The notes below the pieces were generated by a model. That model saw only the letters and a list, made by a program, of their open reading frames with translations. It was not told the origin of the DNA and made no database searches. DNA of 62,249 nt, filler included, from Kipferlia bialata (Eukaryota): the NCBI GenBank assembly GCA_003568945.1. It is 4 parts of 3 records of this genome, joined end to end, with 100 filler letters (N's around TTAATTAATTAA, not from the genome) between each part and the next. Parts side by side here need not be neighbours in the genome. Positions count along the whole stretch, not along the records: positions 1 to 26,493 come from BDIP01000187.1; positions 26,594 to 37,073 come from BDIP01000189.1; positions 37,174 to 48,445 come from BDIP01000189.1; 1 more part is not named here. One strand, 5' to 3'. Position numbers and translations under genes: made by a program. Shown here piece by piece: positions 25,728 through 37,382 of this stretch. Every line of letters begins with the position of its first letter. The stretch's first letter is position 1.

Positions 25728-26416
25728 ATGCCGGGGATTCCCTCAGAGAGCTCTTCGAGTGGCCCGCGTGTGTATGTTGGGCTTGATTTCGGTATGCTTC
25801 AATTATTACACGTATATCTGATGTGTCCGACTCAGATAGTCTGAGTACAATCTGACAATTCCGTCACTCCTCTCTTTCTAGTGTTCTGTGGGAATATAAC
25901 CCTCACATGGTCAAACATGATCCTGACGGCCAGGCACTGCCTACTCCGGGTACGCCCTGGGGCACATAGGGGATACCAGCAAGGTAGAGGCCTTCTATGA
26001 CTGGGCAGACCAGCTGACATCCTACTGCAAGACCCGCACTGCTCTGTACTATCGCAGGCAGGAGGGGGGGGGAGTGGAGGGCAACCTCGTGGGGGCACTC
26101 TGCGTTGAAGGAGGAGGCTCGGATGAGGGGGAGGAAGGCTGCCGATGGCATCCTGTTGACTAGGTTCAAGCTGCTTCTGGACGGGGCCCTCACCAATAGT
26201 GCCCTTACCCCTATGGACACTGATGCATTGAGATGTAGGGAGATCATCAAGGTGCAGCCCCCTACTCCCTTTGAACGCCTGGGCCTGGGGGTGGTGGATG
26301 TGGTGGCTGACTACCTCCGCTTCATGTACATGGACGTGATGCGAGTCATCACCACCAAGTACGGCACCTCTGTGGGTATGGATGCGGTGCAGTGGTGCCT
26401 CACAGTTCCAGCCATG
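25728..26416 (+). CDS. HSPA12-like (Hsp70-12) protein, 5' part, truncated by contig end
   Basis: Splices to MPGIPSESSSSGPRVYVGLDFG|TAYSGYA..FYDWADQ..YCKTRTALYY..SWGHSA..RFKLLL..VVADYLRFM..VQWCLTVPAM, which are canonical HSPA12-family motifs. Confidence 0.85.
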
Positions 26417-26440
26417 GTACGGTTGTCTCTCTCTCTGCCT

Positions 26441-26493
<53 letters not shown>

Positions 26494-26593
26494 NNNNNNN
26501 NNNNNNNNNNNNNNNNNNNNNNNNNNNNNNNNNNNNNTTAATTAATTAANNNNNNNNNNNNNNNNNNNNNNNNNNNNNNNNNNNNNNNNNNNN
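26494..26593. other. Artificial contig linker (N44-TTAATTAATTAA-N44)
   Basis: Six-frame stop 12-mer between N runs, identical at three sites. Confidence 0.97.
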
Positions 26594-26710
26594 GATGGTA
26601 ATAACTAATGACGTATACAAATTTGCAGTTACTCATTATACACTGTGAGCATAAGAGAGTGGAGATATCAGACCACTTGTACATTGTACAAGTATTCTCA
26701 GATACAGATG

Positions 26711-27130
26711 TCAAGTGTCGTTAGGCTGGATACCCAGTGCCTTAAACATGTGAGTGACAACTGGTGGCAAAAAATATGCATATACTAAGGATGTCGGTGA
26801 GCAGTGGGTAATGACCATACATATATATACATATGTATCTGATAGTAGAGCACCGGCTGAGAGACTGCCATCCACTACCACTCCTACAAGAGATATACAA
26901 TGCACTTACTTGCCCTTGTCCTGAGCGCTGGTGGGTGTGGGTGTGTCGTACACAAACACCCTGTCGCTCTCGCTGGTGCCAAATGCGCTGCTCAGGTCAA
27001 TGACTGCGGCGGGGAAGCATCCGCTCTCGGGAATCTCGGGCACCTCGCCAGAGACAGAGCCCACAATGGTCTGGTACGTGGTGGACTTACCACCGGCTAC
27101 AGGGCCGACGATGGGAATGACGTACTTCAT
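26711..27130 (-). CDS. Small divergent P-loop (small GTPase-like) protein; exon structure uncertain
   Basis: MKYVIPIVGPVAGGKSTTYQTIV (beta strand plus Walker A GxxxxGKS) followed by RVFVYDTP (G3-like DxP). No clear G4 motif. Downstream splicing is ambiguous. Confidence 0.45.
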
Positions 27131-27362
27131 CACTAACCACTCTGAAGGGTCGTGCGGTCCTTGACTCGTATCACTTTTTGGAAGGTGGAACGAAAGGGTG
27201 TAGATTCCTACACCCTTTCTCAAATTGTGTTTGTCTCAGTCAGTGTGCTTCCCGCCTTCCTTAGTATTCCCCGCCAGGTCGCTTGTGTGCGTGTACCATT
27301 CCCCGAGAGCGAGTGGGTGGATCCACCGTGTGCTAGCGACTAGTATCTAGCTGTGAGTCGCA

Positions 27363-30300
27363 ATGAGCAGTGGAAGTAGCGATGTGGGAGCGTGGGAGAG
27401 AGAGGGAGAGGGTGAGTGGGAGAGACCTCTGGAGGCGACCCCCTATGACGTCGATCTGAACGTGGCCTCGCCTGTGGGGGCCGGCAGCTTCCTCACTGAG
27501 CTCTCCCTAGGCGGTGTTGGTGATTTGGGTGTGAGCCAGCCCCTGGGTAGTGTGGATGTTGGAGAGGGGCTTGACAGTCAGTATGTGCGGTTCTCCAGGG
27601 ATGTCGGGAGTCCTGTCAGTGGCAAGGAGGCACCCGTCCGCAGTACAGGTAGTGTAGTCATGGATAACACTATGATGAGTGTTTATTGTGAAACTCCGGC
27701 TGGGTGTGGCCTATATTTACATTCCTATACACTGTTCTCACGAGTGACTAGTTGTGCCCCCTGTTGTTCGGATCTTGTATATCCAGTATATGTCTCACCC
27801 TAGGCATCCCCCAAATGGAAGTGGTGACACCCACCCAGCAGACAGGGGCCACAGTGCTATACAGAGCAGGTATATACTAATATGTATGGATATAGATAGA
27901 GAGAGAGGGAGAGAGGGACACACACAGCCGACAGGGGCCACAGTCGTATTCATCAGGTAAGCCAATCCCTTCTCTCTAGTATTCACCACTCTGTAATAGT
28001 ATCTACCCATCCCCTCCCTTACCAATCCCAGGCCTGACCCCACCCCCCAAGCACACTGCTGTCACCATAACCCAACCATGTATATATGCTATTATTATTA
28101 CATGTGTATATACTCATTCCAGGTCTGACCCCACCCCCCAAGCACACTGCTGTCCCCATGCCCTCCCCTGGCATGAGTCTGGCCCAGGGTGGAGGGGGAG
28201 GGAGAGAGAGAGTGGCACAGCCTATGGAGAGGCTCAGACCTGTCTCTGCCTCACCCCTGCGTACGGTGTCGTCAGGTACATATACATATGTGTATATGGA
28301 TATTACCTTTCCAATATCTCCTTACTTACTGGACTTCTCTTTAGTCTCGGTTAGAGTACAGTCGCAGTCTTTCTCTGCATGGTCTCTCTCACAAATGTTA
28401 GCAATAGTGAGGTCTCACCATTACTTCCTTCTGACCCCAGGAGTGGATAGTGAGAGAGAGGGAGAGAGAGAACTTGTAGGGCCAGAGGAGACTGAGGTTG
28501 TCGCCACCATCTCCCCCTCCATCTCTCTGCTGCGTCCATCTTCCAGTGTAGAGGCAGAGAGAGAGGGAGAGAGAGTGAGTGAGGCAGATGAGAAGACTCT
28601 TAGCGGCACAGTGCGTCGCTTTGAGGTGAAGGGGGATGTGGAGGGTGTGGGTGCAGACACAAGAGAGGGTGTAGAGAGAGAGAGAGAGACCGTGCCGCCC
28701 GTTGCCCAGTCTCCTGCCCCTTACATGGCTTCAGAGACAGTCGCATCCGACCCTACACCACCTGGCTTCTCTCTCCCCATCGGTGGATTCCCATTCTCAC
28801 TGGATGCCTCCCAGGTAATATGTATGTATAAACTTATATGTATGTATATATATATGTATACTTATATATACTTATAAGTATATGAGTAGAGACTCCCGTT
28901 CTCACTGGATGCCTCCCAGGTTATACATGTGTATGTATATCCATGTATATACGTATATATACTTATAGATATGTGAGTAGAAACTCGCGTTCTCACTGGA
29001 TGCCTCCCAGGTACTGCATGTCATACATATGGTGTATATAATGAATTCTTTGTGTGTCAGTGTATATACTTGACTATGCATATGTATTTGACTGTGGTTC
29101 TCACTGGATGCCTCTCAGGTACTGCACACACATATATATGTATGTATGTATATATGTGTGTGTATGAATGTAGTTGTGTGTCTGTACCATATCTCACCCC
29201 AGGACATCGAGGCCATGATTGAGGCTGAGAGGGAGAGAGAGAGACTTGAGACCCTGAAGGGTGGCGAGGGGAGAGTTGAGGTGAAGGCTGAGACACCTGA
29301 AGCTCCCCGCTCATCCTCTGGTGATGTTGCCCTACCCACACCAGCACCCACTACCAATGGGTATGAGACTAAGGCGCAGTCTAGCCCTGGCCCTCTGTCC
29401 CCACCCATTCCATCCAAGTCAGAGCTGCTACCATATGCTGCTATGGAGAGGGAGAGGGAGGGAGAGAGACAGGGAGTGGACGTGTCTCCTCAGGTGGCCA
29501 TTGAGGAGGAGAGTGAGATGCCTATGGCTAGCCCTGTGACTGTCACCCATGCAGTACGGGAGAAGAAGGGAGAGAGAGAGAGGAAGGGAGAGAGAGAGAG
29601 TGCTCCCACAGAGCCAGTACTAGCTACCGACCCCATCCCCGTGGTACCTGTAGATGAGAGGGAGGCAGAGAGAAGGGGGACGGGAGAGAGAAAGGGGAAG
29701 GGACATGTGGCCATGCGTATGGTTGAGACTCGCCCCTCCCCCGTCCTCACCTTCACTGACGACTCTCTACCCAGGGAGTTCACGCTGAGTGTGGAGGAGA
29801 GGCTGGTGAGGGAGGACATGGCCAAGAGAGAGGCAGAGAGAGTGAGACTGGAGGAGGTGATGCGGAGGGCACAGAGAGAGAGAGTGGTAGACCCGGAGCA
29901 GGAAAGACTGGTGAGGGAGCTGGAGATGGAGGTGTTGCGGATGGAGGGTGTGATCAGGGACGGGAAGAGGGTGGAGCTGCCTCTGCCTCTGCCTCGGTCC
30001 AAGCCCCCTACTAGTTCTACTTCCAGGACTACTGCCTCTTCTAGGTCCAGACCTAGACGGTTGAAGGAAGGAGAGAGACAGAGAGGCTCTAAGCCTGTCA
30101 GGGAGAAGCCAGTGAGTGGGAGAGTGGCAGAGAGTGGCAAGAGAGAGAGGGTACACAAGGTAGAGACATCTCCCCCTGTTGCCTCTCCGACTCCTGCGCC
30201 TGTCACCTCCACTACCAGCCACAGGGAGAGGGAGAGAGAGAGAGCACCCACTGTCGCCTCTCCCACCTCTGCCCCCGCCCACCCTCTACCCTCTGGACCT

Positions 30301-30849
30301 GCCCCTACCGCTAGCCCAGCCGCTGCACCCTCTGCCTCCCCCATCAGTGCGGTCTCTGTCCCACACACACAGAGTGTCTCCCCCGCTACAGCAGCCAAGG
30401 TGGATAGGGGTAGGAAGACTGGGGGGGAGAGAGAGAGAGAAAGAGAGAGGGAGCGGTCTGTGCGCCATGTCACCCCAACCCCAACCTCATCCAGGCCTAG
30501 CAACACCACATACCCACCTACCACCTCTGCAAGAGGGACTAGTACCTCCAGCGCTTCTGTCCGCCCCACCTCTTCCTCCTCCCCCTCTGCCCGGTATGGC
30601 ACCTCCCGTCCCCCCTTCCACTCAGTCCGTCGGTCCCTCCACGGCTCACCCCCTCCCATAGCTGCACCCTTAATACAGGAGACACCTGCCACAGACCAGC
30701 CATGCGCAGTGGTACGTCACAGTTATTCTCTCTCTCCACTTCTCTACCTTACTGTATCTCGGCCACTGCGGGTATCTCTTTCTATCCCCTCTCCTTCTTG
30801 TCATCTCTTACCACTCTATCTGGCAGGTGTCATCCAGCGTGTGTTCCTC

Positions 30850-30882
<33 letters not shown>

Positions 30883-32351
30883 ATGTGTCTATGTATTGAC
30901 ACTCACTGACAGGTGTCTCTCCCTGCCAGGGGTCTTGTCCCCCTCCCTGACCCATCGGCAGCAGCAGCCAGGCACACGGGGCCCAAGTCAAAGGTAATAC
31001 ACATAGATGTATATACATTTATGTGTCACGTACAGTAGGCATGTGTGTACTACTACAGTTACATAGCAACGAGCAAAGTTTCCCTATCTAAAACCCAGGT
31101 CGGAGCCCTGCAGCCAGATGGAGAGAAGGAGAGAGAGCGCCTGCGGGAGAGAGAGGCCCAGAAGGCAGACGAGGAGAGAGAGGCCCTCCTCGCCTCTGCG
31201 CGGTCTGAGATGCAGAGACTGCAGGAGAGGGAGAGAGAGAGAGAGAGGAAGAGGCAGCGGGACGGTGACTACAACGTGATATACGTCAGACCAGTGAGGG
31301 AGGAAGGGGCTGCCAAGAGGCCTACCAAGACAGCCTCTCCCTCTGCTACCTCAGTCCCGCCTGCTAGTGCTAGTGGGGCTCCTGCCCCTGTCCTTCCAGC
31401 TGTCCCCATGTATGTACCCACCATACCCATAGCAGTGCAGGGGGTGCAGGGTGGGCAGGGGGTGGTCATGGGGACACAGCCACTCACTGCCCAGATGGTG
31501 TACCCACAGACACAGGTAGTGATACATACAGACTCTCATTCATGTCTTTGCTGCGTTCCTCTCTCACACACATGGTCTCTGCTTTGACCTCTTTCTCTCT
31601 CTCTCTCTGCTTTGACAGTATTTTGCCTTGTGGACACACTTACCCCAGGCACGTGCCGACCATGATGTGCAGAGACCAGTGGATAGCGGAGACTACACTG
31701 CCCTGCTCGATGCCTTTGAGGAGAGGTTCGACACAGACAGAGGGAGAGAGAGAGAGATACACTCAAGAGAGAGAGAGACTGAGATATCAGAGAGAGACAC
31801 CCTTCTGCCAGAGAGGAAGCAGGTGAAGCGGCCCAAGGCACGTGAGACCCCAATGGAGAGGAGAGAGAGAGAGAGGAGGGAGAGGAAGCGTAGCACCACT
31901 AGACCCTCCCCCTCCAAGGCAGCCTCCACCTCAATAAGGGGCCAGCACAGCAGGAGCCGCATCGGCTCCCCCTTCCCCTCCCCCACCCCCTCTCTGCACC
32001 CCTCTCTGAAGGGATCACCAGGCGAGGCAGACGTCCAACCCCGGCACTATACCCCCATGACACTCTATACTGGGGCAGAGCACGCTGAGAGGGAGAGAGA
32101 GAGGGAGAGTCTCCAGAGGGACAGGCTGGAGAGAGAGCGAGACTCCCTGCTAGCTGCCAGTGATGTCCCCCTGTCCTCTCTCAACGCAGCATCTGTCGGT
32201 GGGGGGGCACGGTTCCCACAGCTCGAAGTGGCAGAGCTATCTGACAGGTAATACAATGATATTATCAATGTATATACATTTATGTGGGTTTGTAGTTGTA
32301 TAGTGTGTTCCATCTGTCACACAGCTTGAAGTGGCAGAGCTATCTGACAGG

Positions 32352-32387
<36 letters not shown>

Positions 32388-35228
32388 CTCATTATAACCC
32401 TAAGAGTGTAAGACCGGTTATTCGTTGATACATGAACATAAATTGACTTACTTATCCCAGGGTATACTATGATGATGACCCCACTGCCCCCAGTGGCAAG
32501 AAGGGAGGCAGAGTGGGGGCCCGCAGAGGTAAGGATATATATGTATATATGTGTTTTTCACATATTACTTGAATATGAGTATGTCGTCTGCACCCAGTGG
32601 CAAGAAGGGAGGCAGAGTCGGTGCCCACAGAGGTAGGGGAGTGATAAGTATATAGTAGTTGATGTAGATATTTATCAATTTGTTGTTCATTTATGCTAAG
32701 TATCAGGTACAGCCAGGGGTCGTGGCGCCAAGGTCTCAGATGAGGCAGAGACACCAGGTTATGACACCCGTGGCGATAGTCAAATACCTTCTAAATGTAC
32801 ATATATCTACTGTGTATATTATATACTTTACTAATTGTATATGTATATACTCATATATGTATATATATCTACTGTATATTTCATTTACCCCCAGGTGATG
32901 ACAAGGGCATACCCATGAGTGAGGATGCCGAGATTGCTGGACTCTGGGCACAGCTGGCATCTCTCAACACAAACATCAAGGTATTCATATAATATCATAT
33001 GTTATAATATTTGTGTATGTCTCAACACAAACATCAAGGTATTCATATCATATCATATATAGTATAATAGTTGTGTATGATAGGTGTTTTATTATTAGTA
33101 TATATACTATAGTGTATCCACTCTGGGCACAGCTGGCATCTCTCAACACAAACATCAAGGTATCATTCAAATATTTAAGTATACTACATACTCATATAAG
33201 TGTATTGTACTATATATATTACTCCTATAAGTTACACGTATTGCATTGTTTATTACTCAATGATAATGCATTATCAATTAGTATCTTACCTGCCAGGCCC
33301 TGTCTGTCACAGAGACAGAGAGGCGTGCCCAGGAGGAGGTCCTCAAGACCAAGTCTGCTAGCAAGAGTAAGCCTGCTAGTAGACCCACCACAGCCAAGGC
33401 CACTAAGCCTACTCCAAAGGGGTCTAGGAGAGTGGCACCTGGCACACGCCGTCAGAGGGAGAGAGAGGGAGAGAGAGAGGAGGACCGTCCTGAGAAGGCT
33501 CTTCCCAGTCTGCCAACCTACACCCCTTCCCCACTGCCACCAAGTGCCCTCATATGCTCCATCCTGGGTACGTTTGTATTGTAGTTTTGAATGAGCTGCA
33601 TATGTTATATTATTGCATTGTGATAGTGTATACTATAATTACAATTACACGATATATGTATGCTTGTCTCTGACCCCTAGGCATGTCCAGTGAGCCAGCT
33701 GTCGACAGCCTCCCAGGCTATGCAGAGATGGGTGAGTGGCTTTATAATGATATGGTGTATACATGTGTATATCCTGATTACTCAACGCATCTCAATGCAG
33801 TACTGTACCGTTCCATACACCTCTCAGGTCTCTCTCTCTCCCCATCCCCCCCATGCTTCCTCTCTTTCAATATTCATCTCTTACATCAGGCAAGGAACTA
33901 GACAGTCAGAGGATAGCCCAGCGGACAGAGAGGGACAAGGCGAGAGAGGCACACCGGGTAGAGAGGCAGAAGGAGAGAGAGGCCATGGTGGAGAGAGAGA
34001 GACTGGCACGGGAGCAGCTGGCAATAAGGTATGCTGCATTACTATCTCTCTCTCTCTGTCTCTCTATCTCTCTATGTGTGTGTGTATACGTATGTATAAC
34101 CCTAGGAACCAGGCCTTCTCTCTCTCTCTCTCTCTCTCTCCCTTGCTGTTTAACCCTAGGAACCAGGCCGCCAAGTCTGCCTCTCTGCCCAGGGCATCTT
34201 CCCCAGTGTTGACAGGTACACACATATATATGTACATTTATATGTATATATGGTTGTATTCATTATTAAATATGGAGTGCTGATGCATTGGTCGATATAT
34301 ACCCACCCCCAGGTGCCCAGGGCTCTGCACTGATGGGCGCCCTGACCAGAGACACCTCTACCCCACACACTGTACACAGCACACATAGCACACACAGTGT
34401 ACACAGTGCTAGGAGCACTCACTCCCCCGGCATCGCTGCTGGTAGCTCCTCTCACACACCCGGCGTATCCCCAGCCGCTAAGCCTGGCAGTGCCCATAGT
34501 GCCCATAGTACCCGCAGTACCCACAGCACACGTAGTAGTGCACACACCCGCACCCCTACCAGTGCCAGCAGAGTGCCTAGCAACAGTGTGTCCAGTAGGG
34601 TCTCCAGTACACGCAGCACCATGTCTCGCAGGACACCCTCCACTCTGCAGGTCACACCTCCAGGTACCACCACCCTGTATGTTATTATTATATACACAAC
34701 ACGCTATTCTAGAGTCTATGAGTAGTTCTTCCATCCATAGCACTCTTCTCTCTCGCCCTATTCTCTCTGACCCTCCAGCCAAGACCCCGCTAGAGTCCAC
34801 GGCCACACCAACCTCCACATTCACACCTGTTCAGGTATCTATATCAATAGTATATTTACATACACCGTTTCGTAGTTGCAGTGATCTAGTAATACACTGA
34901 TACTGATTCTCAGGTACCATCGGGGGGTGTATCTGCTGGCTCTAGGTCCAGGTCGATGAGGGAGGGAGACAGGTCTGGTTCTTCTCGATCTACTGTGCCT
35001 CTAGGGAGTGTACCGGCTGGTTCCTCTGGTTCTCCAACTGTTAGAACAGGGGTTACTGAGGGTTCTCCCATGCTATCAGCACTCTCCTCCATATCTCTCT
35101 CTCACTCCCCGTCTGCTCCAAAGGCAGAGGCAGAGGGAGAGAGAGAGGGAGAGAGAGGGAGAGAGGCACCCGATGTTGGTGCTCTCACTGACCTAGTGCT
35201 TCTCAAGATGCAGTCAACACGTGAATAG
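27363..35228 (+). CDS. Large multi-exon low-complexity/disordered hypothetical protein (ER dipeptide, Pro/Ser/Thr-rich, coiled-coil segments)
   Basis: A chain of GC-rich exons with GT donors and YTRAC..CAG acceptors runs from ATG 27363 to KMQSTRE-TAG 35228. No recognisable domain; it could be more than one gene. Confidence 0.6.
28794..29120 (+). repeat. Four copies of a 23-bp exon-end/5' splice-site unit separated by AT-rich spacers
   Basis: TTCTCACTGGATGCCTC[C/T]CAGGT at 28794, 28899, 28990 and 29098. The first copy is the real exon end (FSLDASQ|GT). Confidence 0.95.
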
Positions 35229-35563
35229 ATCATTGACTGTCAGTATTACATCTGATATATTTGGGTGACGTCAATTGGGAGTGTGTATATTGTGTCCCTC
35301 AAGGTCATCGACACTCATTCTCAATCAGGTCCTATTAGACCTCATACTGGTAAATATACGGAGAGCGGCTGCACCTGCTACACTGCGGCAGCATCTACTC
35401 TCTGATGAAAAGACATATACCAGTATGAATCACAGTGGCAACTGACACTCTGCCCACTTCAGACTGGGGTGGGGGTACAGCCGTCTCTCGTCAGCCACCT
35501 GATGTGAGTGCTAATATGGTGCAGATAGGAAACACTAGCATACACCAACGGTAACAATCAGAC

Positions 35564-36589
35564 TCATCTCACCAGACAGCTTGCAAAGAGCATCCGGGTG
35601 TCCGTGTACACCCCCACATGGGTGGCATCCACCACTAGTGCATTCTCCCTTGCCTCAGCGGGGTCTTCCTCCTCAGGCCATCCCTTGCCCCACTCTCCAC
35701 TGATACAGTCATACACGTGGAACGCACACCTTCCAAAGAACACAATGCAGTCACCCAGAACCTTGGCGTTGCTCCAATCCACCCCTACAGGCACAGTTCC
35801 CTCATACACTAGTCCATGCTGAGGCGTGTATGTGTAGTGAGTGGAGGGCTTGGCTGAGAGGAGGGCTTCGTATCTGGGCACGCTGTGGAGGCGAGATCGA
35901 ATGGAAAAGAGGTGGAGTGCCCCCCTAACGACAACCAGATTCGAGAGGCCATGGGAGAACCCCTCCTTAGGGAGAGGGATCGCCTCCCACGTATCTGAGT
36001 CCGGGGTGTACCTGTGTAGGTACTTGTTCTCTGTCGGGTAACTGCTAAGACCACAATAGAGACTCTCATCAAAGGCAGCGAGGCACCATACAGTTGCATT
36101 ACCATTAACAACCTTTCCACCCACTGTCCTGGGTAGACTTGAGAACCGACTCTGTAGGCTGTCGAGGGAAAGGACAGAGTATGATGTGCCTTTCATGTTG
36201 TAGAGGCTGGAGCCGATAACAGCACTCCTGCCTTGGTATCGTCTCCAGGCCGCATCGGTCTCCTCAGGTGCTGGGGTGGTGGAGACTCTAACAAGAGATG
36301 CACCTGCCGCTGCGGTGGGATACATTGGGACGCTGAGCATTCCCTTAATGTGCCGTGTTGCGGGATCAGCCGAGTATCTATCCGATGAGCAGAGGATACG
36401 GATGTCACTGGTACCAGGCCTGAGTAGGGAGAGCGACCTGGCAATCGCTTTCTCGCCTTCATACCCCCCTTCCACTCTGTGCAACATGAAGTCATCATCC
36501 ATCCGATGCAGGTCCATACGTCTGGTCTGGAAGGGACACCCACTCTGAGTGTGAGTGGACATAGAGTCAGAGAGGGATCCTCTAACCAC
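35564..36589 (-). CDS. Kelch-like beta-propeller protein (5' exon uncertain)
   Basis: Repeating blade motifs AVIGSSLY, AAFDESLY, LHRYTPDSDTWEAIP, VVVRGALHLF, KVLGDCIVFFG and VYDCISGEW. Confidence 0.6.
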   Translation of the reverse strand: MVRGSLSDSMSTHTQSGCPFQTRRMDLHRMDDDFMLHRVEGGYEGEKAIARSLSLLRPGTSDIRILCSSDRYSADPATRHIKGMLSVPMYPTAAAGASLVRVSTTPAPEETDAAWRRYQGRSAVIGSSLYNMKGTSYSVLSLDSLQSRFSSLPRTVGGKVVNGNATVWCLAAFDESLYCGLSSYPTENKYLHRYTPDSDTWEAIPLPKEGFSHGLSNLVVVRGALHLFSIRSRLHSVPRYEALLSAKPSTHYTYTPQHGLVYEGTVPVGVDWSNAKVLGDCIVFFGRCAFHVYDCISGEWGKGWPEEEDPAEARENALVVDATHVGVYTDTRMLFASCLVR

Positions 36590-37073
36590 TTACGGGTAGG
36601 CACAGATCGTCAGAGTTACACTTCATCCTTGTACCCTAGACCACGTATCAGTATCTGACCTTACTCTCGCACTCTCGGCTGTGACTACCCAGGTCTCCCT
36701 CCCAGGTAGACTGGAACGTCCCCACCCGCCAACCACGTCCAGACCGTGTAACCTATCGTTACGGAACAGTATAAATTATAGATCTAATGGATGGAGAACT
36801 GTGTGTAAACGGCATTGAGTCTGTGTCAATACAGATAAACATTCTAGAATGAAACTGTTCTTTAGAATCAATTATCTATATTGTAGACTATTATTGCTTG
36901 TATTGTAGATATGCGCTTTGATATACCTTCACGGCGCATCTGCAGTTAGGGTCCACGCACTCTAGAGATTCTTCCCGGAATGCCCCTGACGTTTAGATAT
37001 TAGGTGGGAAGGAAGTATTGTGTGGTTGACGGGGGGGGGGGGGGGGGGGGGGAAAAAAGAGAAAAAAAAGTAA

Positions 37074-37173
37074 NNNNNNNNNNNNNNNNNNNNNNNNNNN
37101 NNNNNNNNNNNNNNNNNTTAATTAATTAANNNNNNNNNNNNNNNNNNNNNNNNNNNNNNNNNNNNNNNNNNNN
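37074..37173. other. Artificial contig linker
   Basis: N44-TTAATTAATTAA-N44. Confidence 0.97.
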
Positions 37174-37382
37174 GGTCCTCCCCTCCCTCCCTTCCCCCCC
37201 CCCCCCCCCCACCATCCCTTTTGATGTATCATCAATGTTGAATTGATTGTACTAGTAACTTCTCTCGTGGGATAGATGCAGAGTGTGAATGATATGTTGT
37301 GGGATTGTTTGCTATTCCATGGTGTTCTGTTGTTATTACAGTAAGTTGCTGTGCTGTATATACCCCCCCCCCCTGACCCTAG

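Noticed and set aside
28794..29120. CRISPR array
   Set aside because: Eukaryotic intron; the repeat is the exon end plus GT, spacers are 68-85 nt, low-complexity and partly homologous to each other, and there are no cas genes.
29440..35165. (GA)n tracts as mobile-element or satellite sequence
   Set aside because: They lie in frame as ER/GE dipeptide runs within exons and have no termini or transposase.
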